Source: Octopus bimaculoides
Lineage: Eukaryota
Assembly (NCBI RefSeq): GCF_001194135.2
Contig: NC_068988.1
Span: 36,772,719 to 36,836,718 of the forward strand
Reading direction: 5' to 3'
Length of the DNA stretch: 64,000 nt
The position numbers and the translations under genes are program-made. How positions within the stretch are numbered: the stretch's first letter is position 1; each line of letters starts with the position of its first letter. Of the stretch, positions 12,030 through 23,519 are shown piece by piece. The notes below the pieces were generated by a model. The model did no database searches, was not told the DNA's origin, and saw only the letters and a list, made by a program, of their open reading frames with translations.

Positions 12030-14255
12030 TGTCCGCCATTACGGCAGACATGACCTGTTCATAACTTTCACATACAATACCAAGTAGAAGGACATTTAGG
12101 CCGAACTCTTCTTCGGTCAAAAGCATAAAGGAAGGCATGACCCCTCACCCGAGTTTTCCATCTGAAGTTAATCACTCTCATGGAGCTCATAAAAAAGGGC
12201 AAGTCTTCGGCCCCATACAATGTCACATGTACACGATCGAATGGCAATAAAGGAGCCTTCCACATGCTCATATCCTGCTTTGGCTCTCAACGAAGATCAA
12301 ATCCACTGACATCAACGAAATAATCTCAGCAGAGCTTCTTGGTCCAGCTTTAGACAAAGTACTATACGAAATAGTTAAGGCAAATATGGTGCATGGTCCA
12401 TGTGAGCGTGGAACCAACATAAACTTACCATTTTTGAAAGACAGCGTATGTTCAAAAAGGTTTCCAAGGAGGTTCCTACAAGAAACTCAGACAGGCGCTG
12501 ATGGATATCCATCATACAGACAGAGAAAACCAGAAGACGGTGGTTTCACTGCAACTATCGGACAGCATCAGGTTGCTAATAGATGGATTGTTCCCTACTG
12601 CCCAGTCCTGTCAAAGACGTTCAATGCCCACCTCAACGTCGAGTTTTGCAACTCCGTTAAGTCCATAAAGTATGTTTGTAAGTATTCGAACAAGGGTTCT
12701 GACGCTGCAATGTTTGCACTTCAACAAGAATACTGCCAGGAAATACCTCCAGGAATGAGGTGACGCACTATAAGGTGGGACGGTACATAAGTAACAACGA
12801 GGCTTTCTGGCGCGTCTTTGGCTTTCAACTTCACCAACGACACTCCACCATTCAACTGCTTGCAGTGCACCAGGAAAACTGACAAAGGGTGTATTTCACC
12901 GATACTAATGCTTCTCTGTTGGCAGAGGAACCAAGGGATAGCTCGCTCACTGCATTCTTCAAGCTTTGTTAAGCTGATCGATTCGCTCAAACCTTGCTGT
13001 ATCCGTCGATTCCATCGTACTACACTTGGATTGGGAATACATGGGCCCCAAGGAAAGCAGGTCAAAATGTTCATGGATACCCTGGCATTAAGTTCGACAC
13101 TTGCCTTGGTTGAGTATATGCAGTGCATCCCACTCAACAAGAGGGTTTCTACCTCCGTCTACAACTGCATGAGTTCTGAGGGCCAACGTATTTCCAGGAC
13201 CTAAAAACAGTTCATGGACATGACTGCACAACATACAGAGAAGCCTACTATCGACAAGTTCTGTTAGAAGATGATGCACAATGGGATGCAGCCTTGGGAG
13301 AGACTGCTTTATCAGAATCAGCTAAAACATTCAGGCACTATTCGCAGTATTACTGCAGACATGCGAACCGTGTGATCCTGCCACTCTATGGCTCAAATAC
13401 AGAGACAACCTGGCTGAAGATTTTAAGCGGCAAGCTCAACTGATATGGACGGTATCAGCAATGAAGTCTACAACAAAACTCTCATTAACATTGAAGACAG
13501 AACTGCTACACTGGGTGGAAATGAATTATTCACATATGGCCTGCCACAAACATTCACGTCAGGTTCAAATAACCTTCCACTGCTTATATTCGTGAAATAT
13601 CCTATGACACTCAAACGCTTTCAAAGTACATTGTTGAAAATGTGCCTAAATTACTTCTGGACCAGCTACAGGCTTACAAAACTATTCTTAACAGTGTACG
13701 CCAATGCGAGGGACGAAGCTTCTTCCTGGATGTCCTAGAGGGATAGGAAAAACATTTATTACGAAGCTTCTCTTTGCGGAAGTTAAGCACCACCAGAACA
13801 TTGCAGTACCTGTGACTTTTTCTGGGATTGCAGCTACTTTGTTACCCGGTGGCAGGACAGCACACTCGACTTTTAAACTCCCTCTCAATTTAGCAGCATC
13901 CGAGATACCTTCATGCAACATCAGCAAAAGCTCACATCTAGGGGCAGGTACTTAAAAGGTGTCATCTAATCGTCTGGGATGAATGCACCACGGCTCACAA
14001 GGGAGCATTGGAAGCATTAGATAAAGCCCTGAAAGACATCCGAAATGTCAGACTCTAATGGGAAGTGTAACACTTCTGTTGTCACGTGATTTCAGGCAAA
14101 CTCTTCCTGTCGTTCCGAAAGGCACTAGAGCAGATGAGGTCTAAGCATGCCTAAAATCCTCAACCCTCTGGCATCATTTTACGAACCTCAGTCTTACCAC
14201 TAACATGAGAGCTCAGCTACACGGCGACCAAATGTCCGCAAAGTTTGCACAGGCT
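12030..14255 (+). mobile_element. Helitron Rep-helicase pseudogene (HUH endonuclease plus PIF1 helicase), truncated at both ends
   Basis: VRHYGRHDLFITFT; YTIEWQ*RSLPHAHILLWL; MVHGPC...NRWIVPYCPVLSKTFNAHLNVEFCNSVKSIKYVCKY.NKGSD; GIGKTF, SGIAATLLPGGRTAHSTFKLP, LIVWDEC, DFRQTLPVVPKG. Confidence 0.95.
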
Positions 14256-14574
14256 ATTAACTAAAACACAAAACTAAAACTATAACTAAAACACAAAAAA
14301 TCTCTCAAATGTCATCATTTCTAAACATAAACTTGGCAACATTTCTAAAAATAGCCAAACACCTACTGCTGCTTTCCAAAGGAATAGGTATAAAAGACAA
14401 AAGAACAGCCAAGACATGAAAGTATATACTAGCCTTTATATATTTAATTCTCTATATTTAATACTCAATATTTCATATATTCAATAAGACATTCAATACT
14501 TTATTTCATTTTACTATTTATATTATATTATATATTCCATATTCTATATCCCACATTAATCAGCAGCTTCACAA

Positions 14575-14690
14575 AAGCGACCGATAGAATGAGTACTTGG
14601 AGTCAATTTGTTCGACTAAAGGCAATGCTCCAGTAAACACCACAGTCAAATGATTTAAATAAGTAACAGATAAGAATAAACAAATATGCC
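14575..14690 (+). mobile_element. SINE 3' tail fragment
   Basis: GACCGATAGAATGAGTACT...TTCGACTAAAGGCAATGCTCCAG..CACAGTCAAATGA, same family as 19095-19490. Confidence 0.6.
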
Positions 14691-14697
14691 ATATCAC

Positions 14698-14727
14698 TGC
14701 TGAGCATCGCCGGGTATCTCTGCCAGT
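14698..14727 (+). mobile_element. Probable Helitron 3' terminus
   Basis: GCTGAGCATCGCCGGGTATCTCTGCCAG followed by T; resembles the degenerate hairpin plus CTAG|T end, with one substitution. Confidence 0.5.
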
Positions 14728-14791
14728 ATATATATATATATATATATAAATTGTAAATCCCCAAAATAACAACAAAACTACAAAGGATTCC

Positions 14792-14870
14792 GCGGTACAT
14801 GTGTTTCAAGCTTTACATGTGTATAATATAATATGTGTATAAGTTACAATATAAAGCTATCCTCAGCCGC
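14792..14870 (-). ncRNA. Hammerhead ribozyme, left-arm copy
   Basis: GCGG-CTGAGGA-T-AGCTTTATA...TGTAAAGCT-T-GAAAC-ACAT-GT-A-CCGC; the stem III palindrome carries one G>A change. Confidence 0.72.
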
Positions 14871-15507
14871 AAAATTATTTCTCTCCCAGGAAATTATACC
14901 ACCTCGGCGTTGAAGTAGGAAGAAAGTTGTGATGTAAGAGGTGAAGATCCTTTCAGTATTCTGTATAGTATTATACCTCGTATAATTCTCCACCCAGACA
15001 TAATCTCTCCGGTCCTCCGAAAACCTTCCATACCTTGCCACGATTCAGTGTGTAGTGTTAAGTTGGTGGTTAAGAACAATACGATACAATAAAAAGACAT
15101 ACACAGATATTCATGTAAAAAAGTAAGAATAAACTTAAAATAAAAATAAAACTTAAAATAAAATAAAATACAAAATAAAAAAATAAAAAATAAAGGGAGT
15201 CATATCGGTGGGGCGGGTAATCTAGGAAGTAATAAGAGAAAGTCTGGATAGTCAAGTAAGCTACATCTAAGCTATTTAGATGGGTTGGTGAAGGGTGGTG
15301 AGGAACAATCTAAATGTAGAAGAAGAAGATAAAGTGATAAATAGGTATGGAAGGTTTTCGGAGGACCGGAGAGATTATGTCTGGATGGAGAATTATACGA
15401 GGTATAGTACTATACAGAATACTGAAAGGATCCTCACCTCTTACATCACAACTTTCTTCCTACTTCAACGCCGAGGTGATATAATTTCCTGGGAGAGAAA
15501 TAATTTT

Positions 15508-15586
15508 GCGGCTGAGGATAGCTTTATATTGTAAATTATACACATATTATATTATACACATGTAAAGCTTGAAACACGTGTACCGC
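15508..15586 (+). ncRNA. Hammerhead ribozyme, right-arm copy; predicted cleavage after 15582
   Basis: GCGG-CTGAGGA-T-AGCTTTATA...TGTAAAGCT-T-GAAAC-ACGT-GT-A-CCGC; intact core; stem I GCGG/CCGC extendable by wobbles; 9-bp stem II; palindromic ACACGUGU. Confidence 0.85.
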
Positions 15587-17421
15587 GGAATCCTTTGTAG
15601 TTTTGTTGTTATTTTTGGGATTTACAATTTATTCTTTCACCGCAACCACTAGCTGGAATACACAGGTGCTTACAATTGTCAAGTATTACCTCTANNNNNN
15701 NNNNNNNNNNNNNNNNNNNNNNNNNNNNNNNNNNNNNNNNNNNNNNNNNNNNNNNNNNNNNNNNNNNNNNNNNNNNNNNNNNNNNNNNNNNNNNNNNNNN
15801 NNNNNNNNNNNNNNNNNNNNNNNNNNNNNNNNNNNNNNNNNNNNNNNNNNNNNNNNNNNNNNNNNNNNNNNNNNNNNNNNNNNNNNNNNNNNNNNNNNNN
15901 NNNNNNNNNNNNNNNNNNNNNNNNNNNNNNNNNNNNNNNNNNNNNNNNNNNNNNNNNNNNNNNNNNNNNNNNNNNNNNNNNNNNNNNNNNNNNNNNNNNN
16001 NNNNNNNNNNNNNNNNNNNNNNNNNNNNNNNNNNNNNNNNNNNNNNNNNNNNNNNNNNNNNNNNNNNNNNNNNNNNNNNNNNNNNNNNNNNNNNNNNNNN
16101 NNNNNNNNNNNNNNNNNNNNNNNNNNNNNNNNNNNNNNNNNNNNNNNNNNNNNNNNNNNNNNNNNNNNNNNNNNNNNNNNNNNNNNNNNNNNNNNNNNNN
16201 NNNNNNNNNNNNNNNNNNNNNNNNNNNNNNNNNNNNNNNNNNNNNNNNNNNNNNNNNNNNNNNNNNNNNNNNNNNNNNNNNNNNNNNNNNNNNNNNNNNN
16301 NNNNNNNNNNNNNNNNNNNNNNNNNNNNNNNNNNNNNNNNNNNNNNNNNNNNNNNNNNATAACATATCAACGTTGCTCTTATTAAATTACAATTCCAGAG
16401 ATATGATAAGTATGGGAGTCATATTAACTGTCTTTGTTCAGCACAATGGTAATTGATTGTGGAATTGGCATGAGCTACACATTAAATTAAACCCTCTGTT
16501 GGCAATTTCTCTGCCGTAATAACATTTGGAAACAATTTAAGCAGAGATACTAGAATAGTTTGATTGAATAGCGAATAATTCATAAGTATAATCAGTTTAT
16601 GTTCAGTTAGAGCAACGATTGCTATTTCACTTGCTACAGTAGTAACGTTAAATATGGTACATTAGCGATCATGATTTACATTCTACACAGAAGCACGAAT
16701 ACACTCACACATTATATATACACACAAACATACGTGTGTGTGTAGAAGTGTGTGTAAGTACGAGTATATATATGTATGTGTGTGTGTGTATCTAGATGTA
16801 TAGATATATACACAGAGAGACTCACATATATATATGCACATATACTGCGCGTCTATAATACATAGACTCACCTATAATAGACAGGCAAAAATTAGGCATT
16901 AAAATTAGAAGGATGAACATGCCAATGGACAAGATATAGGATCCCTAAGCTAGATGCCTGGCTCTGTGAACTGTGGCCATTTAAATTATGACATGTGGTT
17001 GTTTAATATCGTTAATTAATGTGATCTCTCTTGTGAAGGCTTGTAAGTTCTCTCTCACACTTTCTCCTATATATAGGGGCTCGGTAGTTGTATATGTATA
17101 TGCATGTATGTATGTGCGCATGTATGCATGTATGCATCTATTTTCATATGTAGGACCAGACACACAAACGAAAAATATAGTAAATCCTATGAAGCACAAC
17201 TTATCGAGAGACGTGAGATATTTAGTCTCACTGGGTAGAAATTATGCATACGAGATGTGATATTAAACAAATTAAGCTCCAAAAGTTTGAAAGTAGCGGA
17301 TGAGGGTCAATAAATGAGTGGACAATATGAGTTATAACTGGGATGGATAGCACAACACAGTACCTGTATCGGAACTGATACAGACATAAAACAATCATTT
17401 CAAAAACATGCATACATACTT

Positions 17422-17471
<50 letters not shown>

Positions 17472-18323
17472 GGACACACACATCTATATATAATACGTAA
17501 TAATGTCTTAATATCACCTTTCGATACTGCTACTTGATATATCCAGCATCATCTGATTTATATTTACATTCACAGAAATAATTATATTTGATAATTTTCA
17601 ATAATTTATTATTTTCAATACATCTATAATTTTATTTTACGTCATATTATTTGCCTTCTATTTATATTTAATTCTCTTTTATCTGTGATTTATGAGTNNN
17701 NNNNNNNNNNNNNNNNNNNNNNNNNNNNNNNNNNNNNNNNNNNNNNNNNNNNNNNNNNNNNNNNNNNNNNNNNNNNNNNNNNNNNNNNNNNNNNNNNNNN
17801 NNNNNNNNNNNNNNNNNNNNNNNNNNNNNNNNNNNNNNNNNNNNNNNNNNNNNNNNNNNNNNNNNNNNNNNNNNNNNNNNNNNNNNNNNNNNNNNNNNNN
17901 NNNNNNNNNNNNNNNNNNNNNNNNNNNNNNNNNNNNNNNNNNNNNNNNNNNNNNNNNNNNNNNNNNNNNNNNNNNNNNNNNNNNNNNNNNNNNNNNNNNN
18001 NNNNNNNNNNNNNNNNNNNNNNNNNNNNNNNNNNNNNNNNNNNNNNNNNNNNNNNNNNNNNNNNNNNNNNNNNNNNNNNNNNNNNNNNNNNNNNNNNNNN
18101 NNNNNNNNNNNNNNNNNNNNNNNNNNNNNNNNNNNNNNNNNNNNNNNNNNNNNNNNNNNNNNNNNNATATATATATATATATGCATACATATAGTTAGAT
18201 TGATAGATAGACTAGTTAGACAGACAGACATGTAGACAGACAGACAGACAGACAGGCAGGCAGACAGAGAGACAGATGTATAGATAGATAGATAGGAGGA
18301 CAGACTGATAGATAAATAAATAC

Positions 18324-18362
<39 letters not shown>

Positions 18363-19094
18363 CTGACATACATATGTATATGCAGACATAATTATATATA
18401 TATATATATATATATATACAAACATACGCATATACCCACACATACATACATACATATATAATACATGCTTACATATATAAAGTTGAGCGTGCACAGCTAG
18501 AGCGATATACATATATACATGAAAAATATATAAATGTAATTATAAATCGTAGACGCAATGAAAGAGTAGCAAATAAAATGTATATACTTATTGAAATTAA
18601 AAATTGAAGATAGTGGAACAAAATTATTTTCGTAAATTAAAACGTAAATATATTTTGTTTGTCTGTGCATTAGTGTTTGCATTGCTATATTTTCGACTAT
18701 TAATTTTTAATATTAAATTAGCAAGATTTGGTAGGAACTACATCTAAAATTTACTGCACTTTTATGAGAAACTTTGTGATAAATACCTTATTTGTGTGTG
18801 TATGTGTGTGTGTGTATGTACACACATGTATACACCTTTATTTCTTCATGTATTTACAAATATTTGTATTATATTATCTTTATGAAATATCATTATATTA
18901 TGTAATGCCGGTATTTGTATCATTTGATATGTTTATTGCTATGCTTAGTTAACGGGCTTTTTATACAATTTAGAATGCAATATTTGTTGTTATATTTAAT
19001 TATATTATGTTATAAAATTTTAGTATATTCATATTTTATCTCGTATATATTATTATATTTGCATATATCCAGTATTTTATTAAATATTTTTCCA

Positions 19095-19490
19095 CAGGCG
19101 TAGTGTGTGATAACAAGTCTACTTGAGAAGTACGTGGTTTCGCGTTCAGTGGCAACTTGGTCAAGAGTCTTCTACTGCAGCGCAGCCTGCCCAAAGTCAT
19201 ATGTTTAGATTTGGTAAACGAAAACTGAAAGAAACGTTGTGTGTGTTTGTGGGTGCATGCGTGTGAATGCGCGTGCGTGTGTACCTTTATGTTTGTCCCC
19301 CATCACCGCATGACAAATGGTTTCAGTTTCCTTTTGTTCCAGTGGCCTAACGGTTCAGCAATATAAACGATATTACAAGTATCAAGATTACAAATACGTA
19401 ATCTGGGTCACTTCCTTCGACTAAAGTAAAAAAACAATCAGGGTGGTGCTCCAGCAGTCCAATGACAAAAAAAGTGAACGATAACCTTTG
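19095..19490 (+). mobile_element. Degenerate near-full-length SINE
   Basis: CAGGCGTAGTGTGTG head, GGCAACTTGGTCAAGAGTCTTCTACT core, internal (GT)n, tail TTCGACTAAAG..GGTGGTGCTCCAGC. Confidence 0.7.
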
Positions 19491-19687
19491 TGCATGATGT
19501 ATGATAATCATTTGGAAAGTATATGTTTTGTATATAGCATTATACTGTGCTATGTATTCTGTAACATTTTGTCCTATTCATGGTCACAACAAAGTTTCTA
19601 TATCATTTATAAACTGTTTCATATATATAGCATTATTTGTATATATCTTAAACACCTATCTTTCTATGTTTTCTTGTTATGACATAC

Positions 19688-19960
19688 AAATTGCACACTG
19701 TGACTTGATATGCGTCCATAACATTGAGATATGCGTGGGTTTTGTTCAAAAGCTGATCGTCAAGGGTTGATTTGACGTCCTCTTCCTTCTCGATTTTCAA
19801 GGATCTCGTCCCCACTACAGAATCCCTCAAACGGCCTTCGTACCGTCCTATTACTAGTTGACCCTTCACCGCATGCTCTGTTGATAATAATGATTGTTTA
19901 GGAAGCTTTATATCCAAGCTTGAATTCATGCAAAGAAGTAAACGCATTTCTTCTCTTTTC
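19688..19960 (-). CDS. Candidate internal exon of an unidentified host gene (273 nt, phase 2-2)
   Basis: Acceptor TTAATTTCAAACAG|, donor |GTATGT; open frame KREEMRLLLCMNSSLDIKLPKQ...DAYQVTVCN; non-repetitive; product not recognised. Confidence 0.4.
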
Positions 19961-20524
19961 CTGTTTGAAATTAAGGATTCCTATGATTCAAAATTCTATT
20001 TGAATGAAATCAATAAAAATATATTAAAGAGTACACATAAATTATTAAGCATGCAAAATTTCTTCTAAAACACTACAAAAATAGAATCTTAAATCAAATT
20101 AGAAAAAATATATCGAAAAATAGGACAACATTTTCCGAACAATCAAATATTAGAATTGCTGCATATGCTATCTATACTGTCTATAATATATCTTATAATA
20201 TATTCTGCTTGTCATTGCGTTACTTAGCCGGTCGGTAAAGTATCCACATGATTAGAGAGGAAGAGGGAGAAAGAAAAGGGAGAAGCATAAAAAGATAGCG
20301 AGAGAAACAGACGGAGAGAGAAAAAAGATGAAGATTGAAGCGTCCATGACGTGGTGTAGGAGGACGTAATTGTATTGCCTACGCGTCATTAGTTGCAGAG
20401 AAAGAGAGTACAAGCGGGAGAAAGGGAAAGGAAATACAAAGAAGGATAAGGTGAACGGTGAGACAGAAAGAGAGAGAAAGTAAAACAAGGAGAGAGAAGA
20501 GTCCATGACGTGAGGTATGGGGAA

Positions 20525-20880
20525 AGCAATATTACAGTTCTATATTTAAGTGATAAGAAATTATATACATTATTTACATTATTTACACTTGACGGATATT
20601 TGTCCTCATCTTGTTTGTTTTTTACACAACGTTTCGGCTGATGCGAGCCTTCATCAGGTGTCTTGGGGGAATTTCGAACCTGGGTTCTCATTCCTAACGT
20701 ATTTTTCGATCTTCTTCTTCTTCTTCTTCTTCTTCTTCTTCTTCTTCTTCTTCTTCTTCTTCTTCTTCTTCTTCTTCTTCTTCTTCTTCTAATTATTATT
20801 ATTATTATTATTAATATTATTATTATTATTATTATTTAGGTCACTACATTGAATTGTACTCGGAATTTTGGGGTTAGTAG
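20525..20880 (-). mobile_element. tRNA-headed SINE, 5'-truncated at the anticodon arm, carrying a hammerhead in its 3' body
   Basis: CTACTAACCCCAAAATTCCGAGTACAATTC (B-box-like)...(AAT)n(AAG)n...AGGAATGAGAACCCAGGTTCGAAATTCCCCCAAGACACCTGATGAAGG...TAAATATAGAACTGTA. Confidence 0.8.
20624..20661 (-). ncRNA. Minimal type I hammerhead ribozyme inside the SINE
   Basis: ACAC-CTGATGA-A-GGCT-CGCATC-AGCC-GAAAC-GT-T-GTGT: stem I ACAC/GUGU; stem II GGCU/AGCC; loopless ACGU stem III (dimer type). Confidence 0.8.
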
Positions 20881-20913
20881 TCCCAAGATTCCGAGTTCAA
20901 TTCCAGGCAGTGA

Positions 20914-20975
<62 letters not shown>

Positions 20976-21053
20976 GTAATAATAATACTAGTAACATCGT
21001 AAAATCCCTTAGGAATGAGAACCCAGATTCGAAATTTACCCAAGACACCTGAT
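20873..21053 (+). mobile_element. Inverted second copy of the same SINE, truncated at both ends
   Basis: CCCAAGATTCCGAGTTCAATTCCAGGCAGTGACCTG(AAT)n...AGGAATGAGAACCCAGATTCGAAATTTACCCAAGACACCTGAT; stops inside the hammerhead core. Confidence 0.8.
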
Positions 21054-21461
21054 TCCGTGGAATATTCACGCTTATTTACGTGACAAATATGTGAATTTAA
21101 CTAAAGCTTGTATCATATGTATGGTGATATTTTTTTATTGTTTATTGAGAAAATAGAAAAATAAGAGTGAACATTTATTTTATAAGTGCTGTATATTAAG
21201 TCTTTAAATTTGTGCAAAAGGTGTATATATAAAGTGCATTAATTAATCATCCTATTCCAGTTTCTTTCACTTATTTCTCCATACACACGCATACATTCCT
21301 ACACAAAATCACATATGTCCGTACATTATTGTATATTTACTGTTACAACATTTATACACGTATTTTAAATACGGAAATGGTCTCTAAACTATTTGCATAG
21401 ACAAATATATATATATATATATATATACACACATTTACATATATAGGTATGTATACGATAC

Positions 21462-21508
<47 letters not shown>

Positions 21509-21664
21509 AATTTATGTAAGTATGCGTAAAATGGACTCTCCCGTCGTAAAACGACGTATGAGTGTTCGACAATTTCTTACCGAACAACCATACTGATGAT
21601 TTGTTTATAATGGTCAAATGTTTGTGTAGTCATAAGCTCACTCTCTCCATCAAATCAACATTTT

Positions 21665-21835
21665 CAGTACAGGTGCAATTGGGTGCCGCATGTCAGATGT
21701 CAAAATGATCGCAGCGCAACGTGAAGTGGAGTACTTTCCTCAAGAAAAAAAAAACGCAACTACAGGTCTGGAAATCGAACCCTTTGATCTCGCAATCGTG
21801 AGTATAACACCCTAACCACTAATCCATGCGCCCTC
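21665..21835 (-). mobile_element. tRNA-derived SINE
   Basis: TAGTGGTTAGGGTG...GGGTTCGATTTCCAGACC...TCTTGAGGAAAGTACTCCACTTCACGTTGC. Confidence 0.75.
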
Positions 21836-22783
21836 ACATGTATACATGTACACTTGTATGTATATATATATATATATATATATNNNNNNNNNNNNNNNNN
21901 NNNNNNNNNNNNNNNNNNNNNNNNNNNNNNNNNNNNNNNNNNNNNNNNNNNNNNNNNNNNNNNNNNNNNNNNNNNNNNNNNNNNNNNNNNNNNNNNNNNN
22001 NNNNNNNNNNNNNNNNNNNNNNNNNNNNNNNNNNNNNNNNNNNNNNNNNNNNNNNNNNNNNNNNNNNNNNNNNNNNNNNNNNNNNNNNNNNNNNNNNNNN
22101 NNNNNNNNNNNNNNNNNNNNNNNNNNNNNNNNNNNNNNNNNNNNNNNNNNNNNNNNNNNNNNNNNNNNNNNNNNNNNNNNNNNNNNNNNNNNNNNNNNNN
22201 NNNNNNNNNNNNNNNNNNNNNNNNNNNNNNNNNNNNNNNNNNNNNNNNNNNNNNNNNNNNNNNNNNNNNNNNNNNNNNNNNNNNNNNNNNNNNNNNNNNN
22301 NNNNNNNNNNNNNNNNNNNNNNNNNNNNNNNNNNNNNNNNNNNNNNNNNNNNNNNNNNNNNNNNNNNNNNNNNNNNNNNNNNNNNNNNNNNNNNNNNNNN
22401 NNNNNNNNNNNNNNNNNNNNNNNNNATATATATATATATATACATATGTGTGTGTGTGTGCGTGTATGTGTGCGCGTGTGTGTGTGTGTTTGTATGAATA
22501 TAATCATATATAAACACGTATACATGTGTATGTGTATATCTATATATGTATAATTATGTGTATGCCTGTACATATTAACATATATATATAATACAAAGAA
22601 TATATATACATGTATACACACATATATGTACATACTTACATCTACATGTGTATATATATGCATATCAGGGTACACGACGTTAGAAAAATGAACTACAGAC
22701 AACGGAACGAACACATAGGAAAACGGAAAGCCACTTGGAATATTCCTTCATCAGCTGTCTCTATTCTAACTAGACGTTTCGAA

Positions 22784-22915
<132 letters not shown>

Positions 22916-23116
22916 TTATACACACACATATATAGTGTACTTTAAGCGAACGATATATTACCAGTACTACTGATGCTTATTTACTCAGCTTTAAACTTCT
23001 ATACTCCGATATCATCTGGTTATTTCGTATATTTGAATGGTTAAGCTGAAACGTATAAATAGCGCCAAAAATTCCTAAGTATAACATGAAACAAATTATT
23101 GATATTACGATGTTTT

Positions 23117-23243
23117 CGTTTGTACATTCGTTTCAATAACATTATGCAATCATGAGCACATTTCATCAGAAAATATATATATCGATTAATTGTGCTGATG
23201 AAATGGTTTTATGATTGCATAAATAACTGAAACGATGTACGAA
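23117..23243. ncRNA. Head-to-head pair of degenerate hammerhead-like motifs
   Basis: Minus: TTTT-CTGATGA-AATGTGCTCATGATTGCATAATGTTATT-GAAAC-GAAT-GT-A-CAAA. Plus: TGTG-CTGATGA-AATGGTTTTATGATTGCATAAATAACT-GAAAC-GAT-GT-A-CGAA. 24-nt spacer. Confidence 0.5.
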
Positions 23244-23474
23244 TGACGACATCAAAAAATCAATAATACATTTTTTTGTTATTCTCTCAATTATATATAC
23301 ATAAAAATATATATGCACTTTTGTAGGTATTTGTGCATGTATGTAATAATATATATGCGTTTGTGTGTGTGTGAGTGCGTGTCCACTTGTGTGTGTACGT
23401 GTGAGTGTCTGTCCGTTTGTGTGTGATCGTGCGTGTGTGTGTGTGTGTCTGTGTGTGTCTGTGTGTGTGTCTGT

Positions 23475-23519
<45 letters not shown>

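Larger units (their letters stand above)
14746..15632. repeat. Long inverted repeat: 290-bp arms (14746-15035, 15343-15632) with 307-bp spacer; PLE pseudo-LTR-like
   Basis: Arms are reverse complements with about 7 substitutions counted by eye; each arm contains a hammerhead fold. Confidence 0.97.

Noticed and set aside
14844-15534. 63-aa peptide shared by both inverted-repeat arms (RYGRFSEDRR...AAEDSFIL)
   Set aside because: The arm differences within it are amino-acid changing (V/M, N/S, F/L, G/D), the starts differ, and the frame runs through the ribozyme core; no sign of coding constraint.
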